Positions 38,446 through 53,700 of a stretch of DNA of 64,000 bases are shown here, in pieces. Position 1 is the first letter of the stretch. Each line of letters opens with the position of its first letter. Source of the stretch: Hypanus sabinus (taxonomy: Eukaryota); contig NC_082714.1 of assembly GCF_030144855.1 (NCBI RefSeq), positions 93,744,001 to 93,808,000 of the forward strand, in the 5' to 3' direction. The position numbers were made by a program, and so were the translations under genes. Below the pieces are notes generated by a model. That model saw nothing but the letters and a program-made list of their open reading frames with translations. It did no database searches and was not told the DNA's origin.

Positions 38446-41400
38446 CTGGAGAGGGTTGAGTGGAGGAAATGGAAAATACGGGGCCCCTTGTTTTCCAAGA
38501 AGCTGCCGGAAAAGGAAATAGCTGCGTGAAGAGACAGTGTCCGTTCTCCAGACAAGCCGGTGCAAAAGAAAGTCTTGACTGCCGCGGCTTCAGGAGACAA
38601 CGAGCACTTATTTAGAAATCCAGTCGATAGAATGTTAAAGGGCTCTCCCCTGTGTCTAAGTTTCCATTCCGATTCAACAGTTACGTATTGCCACTCCTGC
38701 AAAACTCCTCTTCCCGCTAAAGGGGCAGGGTCAACAATCATCTGGTCTCTCATACGTTTGTGGATGGCCTACCACAAAGGGACAACGAACCACCATAATC
38801 TCCTTGCTAGCGACTGAAGAGAGATCCGAGGCAACTTACAAAGGAACTGGAGGAACTCAGCGGGTCAGGGCGCATCTTTGAAGGGAAGTGGACAGTGGAC
38901 ATTTCGTGTCAGGATCCTTAACCTATGTTTGTAATGAAGACAGATTGTCCCCGAAATATACAGCCCCAGTTCCCCACGTCAACATGTTGTTATTAGATTA
39001 AATAAAAGTATTATTAAAATATTGGCATCAGTATTTGTTTATTATTGAGGCATGCACCAAAGTAGAGTGAACAGCTTGTCTAGGATGCTGCTTAGAGAGA
39101 TGAAATCATTACACAATGCAATAAAGTAGTGTAAAATAATTACAATGCAGAATAAAGTGCAACAACTGCAGAGAAAGTGCAGTGCGGGTAAACAATGAAA
39201 TGCAAATAATATCCAAGTAGATTGTAAAGCCAGAATTCCATCCATACAAGAGGTCCGGACACGAGTCTCATAACAGTGGACAGAAGCTGCCCTTGGGCCC
39301 GGTGGTACGTGCTTTCATGGCTTTTGTATTTCTGCCTGTTGGGAGAGCAAAGAAGAGAGAATGTCCGGGGCGGGTGTGGTCTTTCATTATGGTTTACTGA
39401 GGCTGGTTTCCGTGGTATGCTGAGCTCCGTTCACAATTCTCTGTAGTTTCTCCTGGCTCTGGTTATAGCATCCGCCATAGACCTGTTCGGCGGTAGGTGA
39501 ATTGCTGCGGCTGTAGGTTTTCCAGAAAGCGGGAGAGAATACTTGCCACGAAGAGGCTGTCGGAGCTTTTCATGATGCCAGATGTCAAAGGCCCTGTGCG
39601 GTGGTCTTTAAGGCATGGACTTTTTTTTAAATTAAGTACTGGAATGATAGTGGTCTACTTAAAGTAGGAGTGAACTAAACCTCAATGCAGGGAGAGGTTA
39701 GATTTTACTGTCAGTTGATCTGCATAGGATTTAGCGTCATGGCCAAGTGCACAGTCCTGGCCCAATTCAATCGGTATGAACTAGAAAGAGCTTAAAAGTA
39801 CGTTGCATTGACTTGAGGGCTCGAGTTGCAAGGGTAGGTTGAGTAGACTAGGACTGTTCTCTGGAATGTTAGAAATTGAAAAGTGACTTGACAGGAATTT
39901 AAGATCACGTAGAGCGAAGGCAAGGCGAAAAGACGCCGTCTTTCTTCCAGGTAAAGGGCGCTAAGAAGAGCACAAAGGTTTAAGATCAGATGCGAGAGGA
40001 AAATCAGGTGCTGCTTTTCATGCAAAGGGTGGTGAATATTTGAAAGGAGCTGCCAGAAACTGAGGTCAAGGCGCGTACATTAACAACGTTTATAAGCTAA
40101 CTAAAATCAGAAGGATCGGACAGGGTTAGCGGTCTACGGGTCAAAAGCTTCCAGATGGGATGGACATTGGGCCAAAGGGCCGCTTTGAACACTGTCTGAG
40201 TCTATGATATCACTGTTGCTTCCGAGAAACAGACAGGAATGATTCTGGAGATCGAGTCCAGGTAAACAAAGATACAAAACGGGGGACAAAGGACCTTTGT
40301 GCAGGAGGTCGTTGTGATCAGGAACTAAAGCCCAAAAACTCTGGAAATATTTAATAATCATAACATAGAAAAAAAAACACAGGAACATGCCCTTCGGCCC
40401 ACGATGTATTTTGCTGAATACGGTGACAAATAAAACTAAATAGAAGAAGTTCAGGAGATGCTGCAAATCCACAACAACAGACATAAAATACTGGACGACC
40501 TCTGCAGGCTCGAAAGCAACTGTGGAAAGGAATAATGGAATATGACCCATATTTTTCTCCTCTAACAGGCCCCTGAGGGACACCACTTGTCACAAACCTC
40601 TATCACGAATATGTGCGTGTGTGTGTGCGCTTATACAAGTGTTTATGTGTGTATATGATGTGATTTTCGTCCAATATAATAGAACCACTTAGTGCAATCA
40701 AACTCTCAGTGTAATTGGTTTATTATTGTACGGAGGAACAGTGAAAACATCTTTCTTTCACGTCAAATTCAGAGAGATCGTTTCATCGCATCAGTACAGG
40801 TCCCATTGGTCATTGTCAGCGCACACTATGCCAGCCTCCTACCCCCACCCTCCTCTTTATTTAGCTTCATACCTCATCCGCTTAACCTGCCTACAAAACT
40901 ACTCTTTAACTTCAACTTCTGTGGAAATATCCAGAAGGAATCCCGAGTGAAAACGAGCCGCGCTGCCCACCGTGCGGTCTTCAGGCGAGAAGTTAAACTG
41001 AAGCCGGTCTGTTCATTACCAATCCACTAAAAACAAGAGAAAGTGAGCTCTTTCCGATCCTGGAGCCAATGTCTATCAATCCAGACCAGACACCATTACG
41101 TGGACGGTTTATGGGAGCTTTCTGTGTAAATATTGGTCGGTGTCTTTTCAATGCTGCAACATCGATTAGAAAAACACACCATTGTGTTTTAAACAGCTTT
41201 GGAACGCAGGAGGCGTGAACCATTTTAGAAACGTCTTCGCCCGCCTCCAACACAACCATCGCTACATGGAAACATCGTTAAACAATTTCATCAAACACTT
41301 CTAGTTTAAAAATTAACCACAAGATAGCACCGTCCACCCAACTGTATGTACTTCTCTGGAGGAAGACTTCCTGTCCTAATTAAGACTTCATGATAAACCT

Positions 41401-41499
41401 AACCAGATTCCTGTCTATAGTCTCACACATCAGAGATAGCACTATGAGTGCTTCGAGTGTGGTCTGACTAACGCGAGTAAGCGTGTATATTTTTTATGT

Positions 41500-41720
41500 G
41501 TTTGCAAACCGTGTTTCATCTGCTTGTACCTGGCCCCGCGTAAACAGGAAAACCGCAGAACGCCTCTACCTTTTTCCAATACAACCAAACATTTACTAAT
41601 TAGCATTACATTTTATTCTCATCAATTACAAATGATCTCGCCCCCTCGCTTGCGTCAAATTCACAAACCCATGAACATGCGTCTGCGATTAACACCCGGA
41701 GTTTAACTCGGTCACGAACA
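41500..41720 (+). promoter_or_regulatory. Putative promoter/5' UTR of the VJ-C1 receptor
   Basis: GTTTGCAAAC 41500-41509, GTAAACAGGAAA 41540-41551 and a CCAAT, all conserved with 7009-7223. Confidence 0.5.
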
Positions 41721-41763
41721 ATGAGATGCTACGCGGTCTTCACGCTCTCTTTTTTAGTGCAAG
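41721..41763 (+). CDS. Exon 1, signal peptide MRCYAVFTLSFLVQ
   Basis: ATG, hydrophobic run, consensus donor CAAG|GTGAGC, phase 1. Confidence 0.8.
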
Positions 41764-44700
41764 GTGAGCGACCCGAGCTTCGAGAAAAGAAGAGCTTGGG
41801 CAGCTGGTTTAGAGGGAATGCTGATCGTTAACTAACTGAAGGGATTTGGTAGAATAAATAAGTGGATTCTAATACGGAGGGCATGCATTTAAGTTGAAAT
41901 GGTGTAGTTTCGAATGAGATGTGAAGGGCAGATAATGGTGGTGCCTGGAATACGCTGGGGAGGTGTTAGAGGCAGACACATTGGGGATTTTTATCATACG
42001 TTTAGATAGGCGCATTGATGCGAGGAAAGTGGACGTTGTGTCGACAGAAGAGATTAGATGGCCACTTGGTTATTAATTGAATTGGTTCAGCACAAAAGGG
42101 CCCGTTACTCTGCTGTACTGTTCTATATTCTATGTCGATATTTTTGTTTAACCACCGATATGGAAATCGGAGAAAGTAGAAGGTAGAATTAGCAAGTTAG
42201 ATTACGCTGGAGAGAAGGTGCGGTAAATTAATTCCCTCCCCACCAGGGAATGAAGTAACTGGAAGGATTTCCAACGGAGTTTTAAGAAGCGGATTTAGAT
42301 ACAATTATGAGAGTAGAGCAGCCGGTAAAACAATTAACTGTAGAGACTGAGCATGCTGCTCGTTCTGTGTTCCACAGACTCAATTCGTAAAAAGATGGCG
42401 CGCGGACAAAGTCGCTGTGAGAAAACCACTCTGTGATCAAATCTTCCTTCTCTCAGTTTCTGTGTCTCAGGCCGCCTTGTTTCAGTCTCCGCCGATTCAG
42501 ACCATCCGTGTCGGAGATCGAGCCATCCTGAATTGTAGCCGGGACCTTGGTGTGCTTGCTTCTATAAACTGGTATAAACGGAGCGACCAAAGGCATCTGC
42601 AGTTCGTTTATACGGTGGGCAAATTCCTGAAAGCGCAGGGGAGGTTCTCGGGGCTGGTGGACGAAAAATCGGCCACTTACTCCCTGGAGATTGAAAACGT
42701 CCAGCAAAGTGATTCCGGGATCTACTTCTGCGCACTCCAGCTCTATGGCGAGTTCGGCAATGGATCCAATCTAGTTGTCTCAGGTAACCCGCAGAAACAA
42801 GTTCAGCATTTCTGCTGATCCCGGGACCCTTTTTAAATGTTCATGACCCCTACTGGGCGTAGGAGCTGAAAGCAGTTCGCCAACGCACTCTGTCATGGGC
42901 CACTTTCAAATTGTCCCAGAATGTAGCCCATTTCCGGAGGTCCCTCTTCTCCCGGGGAAATTCTGTTTGAGTTACGGTCGCACTGAAGTTTTACGGGATG
43001 GGGTTACGAACACCATGCCCAACCCTACTCCTTTCGTGGCCGGGTTGAGGACTGTATATGGTGGCGTTTTGCCATATAGTGTACGCAGAGGGTATAATTG
43101 AGACGGGAATTTGACGGGAATTTGTGATGCTGTTGGTAGTGCGGAGATTAGATTTGAGCAACGGAGCCACTGATGAGGTTAATTCAGTTTAATTTAGAGA
43201 TACAGCACGGCATCAGTCTCTTTCAATTACGAGTTAATTTTCACGTCTTTAGAATGTGGGAGGAAATCGGAACACTAGGAGAAAATCTACGCGTTTCTTA
43301 CTAACCCCTTACAGGTACCGACGTAGATTGAAACATAGTCTTACATTTGGCCCAGGAAAGCGTTTCCATAACCGCTACGCTACCATGCCACCCCTAAAGG
43401 TGGTCAGGACAATTGCAGATTAAGTTTAAATCTGGGAAAATTGAGGCGAAGTGTTTTGGAAGCTCGGCAACAGATATAATGAACAGCAGTAGCAAAGGAG
43501 ACTTGGAGACAAGGTGGTGAAGCAAACATACCAAATACTTGTCTTCAGTTGCCGCGGAATAGAATCTAAGAGCAAGGAAGAGGGTATATTCAAACTGTAT
43601 AACACATTAATCAAACCAAAATTGGAGTCGTCTGTTAAAATTGGAGCCAATGCGTTAATTGGAGCAAGGGCACGATTGCGCTGGAGAGGATACAGAGAGG
43701 ATTCAACAGTTTTGCGTCCTCGAAATTCTCGAATATTTAATGCTCATCATAAAAGGCTCAGGTCGGATCTAAGTGAATGAAGTTTGTGATAAGATCATCA
43801 ATTATCTCATCAGTTTCATGGCAGATGTATTTTCCCTCTCGATCCCTTTCTTTTGCCTTCTCCACGTAGCCTTTGACACTCTTACTAATTAAGATCCTAT
43901 CAACCTCGGCTTTAAGCATTGGACTGCATAGCCCCCTGCAGCAATGAATTCAACAGATGCAACACCTTCTGGCTCGTCATTTTGAAAAATAGTCAGCTGG
44001 GGAGCGGTTTTGAAATAGTAGTCGTGACTGCACATATTTCAAGTGGTTATAGAAAATAAAAGTTCGCATGAAACAGAAATAAACCTCTTAGACTGGGCAA
44101 ATCCATGCTTGTTAATATTAGACAGGAGCAGGATAGAGTTCAATTGGAGCACCCGCTTGCCGGTAAGCCCCTATGTGTATGGAAGAAATAGGAAAAACTC
44201 AGGGCCAACATGCTTTTGTAAGGGTAAAAGGAAGATGTCATAATCTCAGAGAGCTATGTGCGACAAGGTTTTTGAGGATGGACAAAGATTAAAAAAAAAT
44301 GAAACGCATGTTATGTATAGAAAGTTAAAGACTATCGAAGCCCTTCCTGGTATCAAAAAAGGCAGATTAATTAAAGTCACAAAATATCAATGGCAAGTAG
44401 ATAAGAGTTTATCTGCAAGCCACATAAAAGTGTATTAAGGGCGAAAGATCATCCAAGGAAATATTAAAGCCCATTACCAGCAACGGACGAATCTGTCTTT
44501 GGGGGCAGAAGGTATTGGAATGGTCCTATCAGAGCACGTTTCATCAAAATTCACAAACGTGGCGCACCTCGTAGATGGAGGCTTCAGTGAAGGAAAAGGT
44601 GAACTTTTGGTGTAAATCTCAATAACTGAAGAACAAGCGTTTGAAGACACAGCGGCATTAAATGTCAAAAATCACCGGATCTATCCTAGGCATTTGTGGT

Positions 44701-47700
44701 AAGCAAAGTGTGAGATTGCTGGGTCTTTAAGTGAGGTATTGCAAATGTACGCGCGGTACATGTGAGGCTCCAGGAAGGTAGCAGTTGGAGTACCAGGGAA
44801 AAGACTGGCAAAAATAGACCTATGAGTGGTAGGGATCTTAAAAGACTGAATTTCGAGGAACAGGATTATTAACATCTTGGAGTGACAAGGTCTAATCAGA
44901 GACAGCCAAGCTGGCTGTGTCAGTAGCTTATCATGTCTGAGAAATCCGAATCGCAATTCTTAAAGAGGTGGCCAAGTCTATGATATAGAAAGTACAATCA
45001 GTGTATGTTTTACATGCACTTCAGAGACGCCTCTGACAAGGTCCCACATAGACATGAGCCAGGGCAATTTGGCAAACGATTCCACATTAGAATGGCAACA
45101 AGGGCAAGGGAAGGTTGGATGCCTGTTACTAGCGGTGTCCTCCAAGAATAGTTGGTGGAACCTTGGCTCTTTGAAATATTTTTGAATAGTATAGATTCTG
45201 ATTTCAGAAGCAAGATCAGCAAATTTGTGGAGAATACAAAGAAGGGAGAAATAGTGGATAGTACCGATAGTGTGAAAGTTAGTCTTTGTCCAAGGGGTGT
45301 TACTGAAGTGTTGATGAAATGCATTATAAATGTTAACCCGGAACAGCGCGAGTGAATGCGTTTTGGAAGGATTAATGAGGAAAGTACATGAGAAACATAG
45401 AGGTTGAGGGAGAGAAAGACCCTGGATTACAAATCCAGTGATTATTTAAGGTGGCATCTCACGTACATACTGTGATTATGAAGGGAAATGGATATTGGCC
45501 TTTCATTAGTCAGGTTATTGAATTGAGAGGCAGGGAGGTTATAGACACGAAGTACACAGCGTGAGGCCCTTCCACACATTTGAGGTAGACAAACAAAAGA
45601 GCAGAAATTTATTATAAGATAGAAGATTTTCGTGGGGAGCTGAAGAGGATCAACCATCATAGAATGGTTGCAGATTTGCTGACAGCATCTAAGAGGTGTC
45701 TAGATGTGTTCAGTGATTACTTAGAGAGAAGGATCTTTGCTAAGTGTTGGAAGATGGGATTAATGTTGATTGGTGCCCACTGGTCGAGATGATGATCCAT
45801 TTTGTCTGCTTCCCCGCTGTGTGTCTCTATCACAACGATGTCGTTTCGTTTGCGAGGAGCGGCTGTAACGTTGCTTTGTTTTTCTTGGGGCGGAGAGGGT
45901 AAGATGATAGAAGTGTGAAACATCAGCTGAGCCTAAACACGGGGCAATATACAATGACGAATTAACCTACTGACCGGTACGATTTTCGACAGAGCCAGGA
46001 AACCGGAGCATCCGGAGTAAACCTACCTTACCACGAGAAATTTGCTTTTCTGGGCGACAAACTCCTTACAATGGAAGCCGGGGTTGAACTCCAAACTCCG
46101 CCTCGATGTATAATAGCGTTTCGCTAAACGCTCTGCTGCCGAGGCTCTGGTAAATGTATCGATAATCCTATATAAAGGAGGGGTAGGAAATTTAGAAAAG
46201 GCTTGAAGAAGGGTGACTCTCTCCGAGTGGCGATGGGATCTCACTCCCTGAGGGGAGCGATGCAGCTACTCGCTTAGTTTTGAAGGCGAACTATCACAGA
46301 CAGAGGGCCTTATAAACTAGGATTAGCATAGATATGTACTTGATACCCCGGGGAAGATGGCCAGAATAGCCTGTTTTTGAAACGGTGATTAAAGTTGGCC
46401 ATCCAATTAATACAGTGTTGTTGTGTTTTCCGCATTCAGCACAGCCTCCCACCATATTCCTGTTAGCGCCGCAAGCGGATCAAATTGCCCAAATGCAACT
46501 GGTGACGTTGATGTGTTTGGTGAGAGGCGTGTCTTCCCACTCGCTGAGCATCCGCTGGAACATATCTGGAAATACCACAGAAGGTCGCGTTGATCCCCTG
46601 ATATTTGATCCGGACGGAGGCTACAGCGTTAGAAGTCGTTTCCAGATCCCGGCGGAAAGTTGGCGTAGCGGCGCCGTCTGCTCTTGCGCCGCTGGACAGC
46701 TGGTCAGTGACAGTGTTTCCGCTCAGAAAGGTATCGTACAAACTAGCTATTCCCATTAGCTTTATGACGCGAGGCCATTCGGCCCTTTGTGTTTATGCCT
46801 AGCATCGAGTTATCCCGCTCTATAGCGCTGTCTCCGTGGCCCTAACGGCTCTACTGCCGCATTCAAACACTGCGGTAATGTGAGCAGAGCTTCTGCCCCC
46901 TCGCCACCGATCATGGAAACTTTCACCTCTCTCCGAGTGAAACTCTTTCCCTTAAGTAGTAAGTAGTAAGACATAAGTAGTTCGGTCCCGAAAATGACCT
47001 ATTCACCGCCGACTCTGTCGGTTAACCATTCCCCTCTCCAGGCCAATATACTGCTTCCCAGCGTCGGGCGCGCTTAGCTGTGACCGATCGAACACCTCTG
47101 AACATGCGCATTTACCTATCATATTTGCTATAATCTCAGAAGTTAGTAAATTTCAAACTCAAATCGCTCTGGCCCCGACGTATATTTCTATGGTCCCTTT
47201 GAACAGAGTTCTTACACGATTTAGATAGGTACATGGATAAAAGGAAAATGGAGGAAAATGTAGAAGGTAAGGAATAGACTGATCTTTGAGTGAAAAGGTC
47301 GGTACATCATCATTATACTTGTACTGTGTTGTACGGTTTTCCGTTCTCTGATCTATTCATCTCAAAAGCTAGTCGTCATGGCATTTGCATCTTGTTATTC
47401 ACCTACACTGCGCTTTCTTTGTAACTGCAATACATTATTCCTCATTTTCTCCTTTTGTGCTACTCTGTGTTTTATGTGCGATATGATCTGACTGGATGGC
47501 AAACTTTTCACAGCATCTCGGTTTATGTAATGACAATAAACCTGATACTAATTGCTATAATCTTCCAAGATTTATTGCATTCCAAATTAGACCCAGATAC
47601 AAAGCTTGAAAAGGAAAGTGACCAATCAGATCATTGTCTATGACATTCCCTCAGGCTCTTACAGTCCTTAATCTCGTGTTTGTTATTGACCGAGACAGGA

Positions 47701-50700
47701 CTTGAGACACACCGTCCCTGATGTCTGACCTTTGTATCCCCTTTAGCCTTGCCGCACAGAAAGGGAAATCATACTTTCTTTGATTCTTTGTTGCCACATA
47801 GTTACCAGCGACGCCTTCATTGCTGTGAGGCAGCGGGAATATCTGGTGGAATGTCACATGATCACGCGGAAGCGTGCACACTTCACAGGGGGGACATTCT
47901 AGAACTGGATCGAAATCGTCTCCTTAGAGTAACGAGCTACCTTTACAATAGAATAGAGCGAACATATCCGAGACAGAGCGACAAACAGCGAATGACGTTG
48001 GCCAGCAAGCGAAGGGTAATCAGAGACCGCACTCCTCAACCTTGAAAAAAGTGCTGCAGTAAAGACCATTAATGATATTGGTATTAACCCAGTATCAGAC
48101 TAGAGCAGAAGTTGAAAAAACATTTAAATGCCACCGGAAGCCCAAGTAACAGTATGGGGTTGTTGGGCCGAACGTCCAATTCCTGTGACGAGTAGAGAGC
48201 CATTTGGATAGACTGTTGTAGAGATCTAAGGTCAGTATTTTCAGAAGGAATGAGAGATTAGAGCATAAGACTACAAGACGTTGTATTATTTAGCTCATCG
48301 AGTCTGCTCCGCTATTCCATCGTCGCTGCTTCACTGTCGCCCTCGAACCTATTCTCCTGCCTTTCCCAAAACTTCCGACGGTCTTTCTACTCGAGAAACC
48401 ATCAATCTCCTCTTTAAATATATCAATTGTAATCTCAGCTAGCTCCAACATGCCGTACAGTATCCTTAGTATCCAGGACACTTGCAAAACGCCATGCTTC
48501 AAAGAGGGGCATCTATCATTATGGACCCCATCACCCAGGACATGCCCTCTACGCATTGCTTCTCTCAAGATGGAACTATAAGTCTGAAAAGTTTTAGGAT
48601 CAGCTTCTTCCCGTCCGCCATCAGATATTCGAATGGACAATTAACCCATGTATACTACCTCACGTTATTCCCTCTCTTTTTGCACGATTTATTTAATTTG
48701 CAGACGGACAGACAACCAGACACATGCATATACTTCCTATTGTAATTTATAGTTTTGATTATTGCGTATATCATTATACTGCCACAGCAACACAGCAAGC
48801 CTCACGACAAATGCCCTGATTCTGATTCTGATAATACCTTGAATTTATGTTCAATCTGTTGAGTAATTAGAACACACAGGCCAACAAATGCAGATTGGAA
48901 CTAACGGCAGACTATTTTCAAATGAAAGTCGATTCTATGTCCTACAGACAGCCTGCAGCTCCAACTCTGTCATGTGCTTTCAATTGGTCTGGCGGCGACC
49001 CTCGTGTTCCTTGCTGTTGGGGCGACCACTGTGGCTATTAGAAAGTATCGAAAGGAACGCAAACCAGGTGAGGTTTTGGCCTTAACCCAATCATGACCTG
49101 AACTTCTCGCCAAACGGAAGTTCTCTCTTCGAAAAAAAGCTAATTTTAAAACATTTCTTTCAATCAGTAAAAGGAGAAACTGCAGGCAAAAGCACCACCA
49201 GCCGGCGAAAGGATCGAGAACGTGATGTAAGTGCACACAATTTCAAGTACACCTGTAAACCTGCTCGTTAATGCGATACGCTGGCGTTTTGTGGCACACT
49301 ATTCTGTAGTGCTTAATGAGGGTGGTTTACATAAAAAAAAATCAACAAAGGCAGTGATGTGGACGAAACCTTCTTGTTATAGAGAAAGGTTAAAGCAGAA
49401 TGGGCAGGCTGGTTCAAGCTGACAGGAAGGTGAAGGCAACTTAAATCATCACGTGTTACGACAATGGTGTCCGAACAGCATCTCTGAGCGCACAATGCGT
49501 CGAAACATGAAGTGAATGGCCTACAACAGTAGAATACCACACTGGGTTCCACACCTATACCCAGTGATGCCATTTACAAGCAGGTAATAGCTTTGCGTTT
49601 ACAATAGCACAACACGGGAACAGGTCTTTCAGCTTACGATGTCCCATTGAGCTAATTGAATTAGCAATCAAATATGTAACACTAAATACTTCCGCTTGAA
49701 GAATGTCCATTTTCTTCAATTTCCAGCACATCGATGTTCCTATCGTAAAGTCTCTAGAACGACTCTATCGCATTTTCCTCCACCAGCACCTTGGGCATCG
49801 AATTCCGGGCTCCTCCCACTCCCTGTATTAAAAAATAGACCCGCACATCTCCTTTGAAATTAACCCAGTTTATCTTAAACGAATGCCCACGTTTCAACAA
49901 TGTGGAAAAGCGATACTGGCGACATAGTATGTAAATCTTTGACAAATAGCCCCTCAGTCTCAGAAGTTCCAGAGAAAACAAGTTTGCTCATGTTCAAGTT
50001 CAGTTTCTTGTCATTCACCCGTACACATGTATATCGCCAAATGAAACAGCGTTCGTCCGGACCAAGTTGCACAACGCAGTATATACAAATTACACGCCAC
50101 ACATTAAGTCATACAGCCGTAATAATCACAAATATTTTAACAAATAATCTAAAACATACGGCACAAGTCAAAGGTAAACAGTATAACGCCAATGACACTT
50201 CATACGTGCTGAGTCATGGGTGGTGGCAGGGAGTTTAGTAGTCTTATGTCCTGTGGGATGAAGCAGTTTCCCACCCTAAAAGCTCTTGTTTTAATACTCC
50301 GGTACCGCCTGCCTGATGGTAGGGGATAAGAAAGATTGCTTGAAGAATGGGAGGGATTATTGACAACGTAAGAATTCGTATGCAGGGCCAAACTCTCCTT
50401 ACGGCAGATGCTCTTTATTCCATACAGCATCCCAACAAACTACTTCTGCACTCCTTCCAAAGCTTCAACATCCATCCAATAATGAAGCCGATCAAAATGC
50501 AATTCAGAGATATATGAAGTCAACTCCAAAATCCCTCTATATGTCACTGGTGTTAAGGGTCTTATCATTAATAGTGTACCAACCCTTTATAATGCAACAT
50601 TTCTCACTGATCTGTATCCGTTGGTTGCCTTTTACACTGTCCATAACTTTGTTAACAACTGCAAACTTACTAATCCACCAATTTACATTTTCATCCAGGT

Positions 50701-53700
50701 CATTTATATATATATATATATATCATGTATCTCAGAGGTCCCAATACAGATCCACGTGGAACACAGCCCCCCATCCCCAGCTGGAATAAGTCCCTTCGAC
50801 GTGTACCCTCTGTCTTCAATGGGCAAGCCAGTTCTGAATCCAAATCATAGAACCCATGCAATATTAATCATCGATTGAGCCTCCTATATGGAACCTTGTT
50901 AAACGCCTTACAATATTCTATGTAGACAATATCCATAGCTCTGTCTACAAGACATCACCATCGTCACTTCTTCTAAAATCTTAATCAAATTAGGAGGACA
51001 TCACTTGCCCCGCATGTAGACAGGTTTTCCAAACGCTCATAAATCCGATCGTTAAGAATTATTTCCAGTAACGTCCCTACCACTGACGGGTATCTCACTG
51101 GTCTAAAATTCTCAAGATAATCCCCATTTCCTTTCAAAAATACTGGAACATTAGCTACTTACTAGTTCTCAGAGACCTCGCCTGTGGCTAGATGCCACTG
51201 AGATATTGGTCCTCATCTGTTGCCCCTGTCATTCCCACAAGAACATCCACTTAACGTTCCTTAAGAGACCCAGTACTGCCTCATTCTTTATCTCATAATG
51301 CACAAGCAAATTCGTACCCTCCACACTGATCTCGCCACCTTCACCATATGTGTTCTTGGTAAATACTGATGTTAAGCACTCGACAACATTTTTCACTTCC
51401 ATGCACATGTTCCCTAATTTATCATTCAGTTGTCCTACCCGCTGCTAATTATCATCTTGCTCTTGATGTATCAATAGAAAGTCCTGGGATTCTCTTTAAT
51501 CCTACTTGCCAATGACCTTTCATGGTCATTTCTGGCCTTCCTAATCGCTTCGAGTTAGTTTCCAGCTTCTTTATAATTCTAAAGGGCTCTGTTTGATGTT
51601 TTAGCTTTGCAAACATTTTTATTTTATTTATTTTTTATTTATTAAATTTTAGAAATTACAAAGAATAATTGTAATAGTAAAATAGTAAGAAAGATAATAT
51701 TAACTCTCCCCCCCCCACTTAACCCTCCCCCCTTAATCCTTACCTAAAGAAAAAAAAAGAAGAGAAAGATTGCCTGGATATCGGAGGATCCCCACATGCT
51801 CCATGGAGTTCAAAATAATTTTGATATTTATTTTTTACTTTCCCCAATTACTATAATTTTATCTTCAAAGGACCTATGTATTTAATCCTACCTTTTGTAA
51901 GTATGGGAGCCAAATTTTCAGAAATATATCATATTCTTTTCTGAAATTATACGTAATTTTTTCAAGTGGGATACAACTATGTATTTCATTATTCCAACGA
52001 TCCCTAGTTAAATATAAATCAGATTTCCAACTAACTGTGATAACTTTTTTGGATACTGCCAATGCAATTTTTATAATTTTTTTCTGATACTTGTTCAATT
52101 TAAATTTCGGTATTGTCCCTTCAATGTCTCCTAATAAAAATAATAGTGGACTATGTGAGAGTTGTACTCTAGTAATTTGTTCCAATAAAAGTCTTAACTT
52201 TATCCAAAATGGTTGAATTTTAAAACAAGACCAAGTAGAATGTAAAAAGGTACCAATTTCTTGATTACATCGAAAACATTGGTCAGACATATTTGAATTT
52301 AATCTATTTTTTTTTAACCAAAAGATTGCCTTTCCTTCTGGTCCGGATCCGTTGTCTGTCTCGAAATTTGCGCCAAAACAGTTGTTCCCAATTGACGCTG
52401 TCCAGTTTCTGTCTAATATTCACTAATTTATCCTGTTCGAATGTAATGGTGTTTATAATATTCTTATGTACGGCTATCTGAAAAAAACTATGTTGTGATC
52501 ACTGTTCACTAAATGTTCTCCCACTAAAAGTCAGTCGGTTGGGCAGGCTGATTATCAAATTCCAGTTCAATTTTGCCCCATCCTCTTGTTGGAACATCTG
52601 CAGATTGATATAGAAACTATTTAGGATTCAGCAAACAAATGTTACACTGTATAAACCTCTTATTTAAGAAGATCCCTCTCTGTTAGGAAAGTTGAAGTCA
52701 CCCACAACAACCCTGTTGTTTTTATACCTTAGTGTAGGATTCATTGTTCTAAAACACATTCCAGATACGACAATAGACAGAATCTAACACCAAACTATTA
52801 ATTCATGTGACACGTAGCTGGTCCCTCCCGGTCGGCGGGGTGTCTTTAAACGAGGAGCGGTCGGGTGTCCAGCTCCGCAGCAGCGAACATTGACAATGTT
52901 GGCGTTAGTCCGCAACAACAGAGAGCAGACATCTTGAGAAGTGGAGTTTCGGAAGAAGAGAAAGAATGCAACAGGGAATGGAATTCGCGAGGGAATTTGA
53001 GGAGATTTCAATTGCAGGGAAACAGCTTAACAGAGTTACAGATCGGCGAGAGATAGAGGTTGGAGTGTGTGGCATTGATAAAGGGGTTTAGGATTTGGAC
53101 GAATTACCCAGATCGAAGACTGTTTAAGGGTTAGGTAGGTTACACAGATATAAGGTTTCGGGGCTGGAGGGGGTCACACGGAGTGGTATACCGGCGGGAG
53201 AGGATCCGCAAATAGGCTGCTGTGTAGGTGCTTAAGCAGTGCAGAGACTGAAGGGATTTACATATAGTAGATAGGGAAGGACATTGGTGCTGGTGGCTTT
53301 AGATGAGAAGGGAGACATGGAAGATGTAAGGCCGGAAGACACTGCATTTAAGGAACAACAGGACGTCCATGGGCCTTAAGATATTATGGATTTGTTAGGT
53401 CCAGGACTGGACAAGATTACACAGAGCACGGACTGAAAAATGATATTGAAATCGGAAGGACGTCACAGGGGCAGTGTCTGGTATTGGACGAGAGGGTCCT
53501 GCGTTTGTTGTTTGGCTGTAATCAGGGAAATTAAAGGTGAATGAAACTTTGCTCCATAATATCACATCCCTTTGATTTGGAATTAACGCGTGATTAAATT
53601 TCCTCATACACACAGCCTGGCGAGGAATGGTGCAGGGTGGGGACTGATACAGTAACCAATCTCATGCCATTCCCTTACAGATCTACGCACAGCTGGCGAT

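Larger units (their letters stand above)
38200..42800. repeat. Ancient segmental duplication, copy B
   Basis: Colinear homology with ~1600-8730. Confidence 0.85.

Noticed and set aside
42353-42386. Alternative leader MLLVLCSTDSI with phase-1 GTAAAA donor, 70 nt before the V
   Set aside because: Poor hydrophobic core and weak donor; 41721-41763 has a consensus donor and a conserved paralogue at 7224. Minor use is not excluded.
42720-42830. Search for RSS (CACAGTG/ACAAAAACC) around the V-J join
   Set aside because: None seen; the segment is already joined in frame, so a rearranging TCR/Ig locus is not supported here.
50505-50560. Possible phase-0 exon containing SLYMSL (ITIM-like) in the last intron
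   Set aside because: No pyrimidine tract, weak donor, and it lies among SINE/LINE debris.
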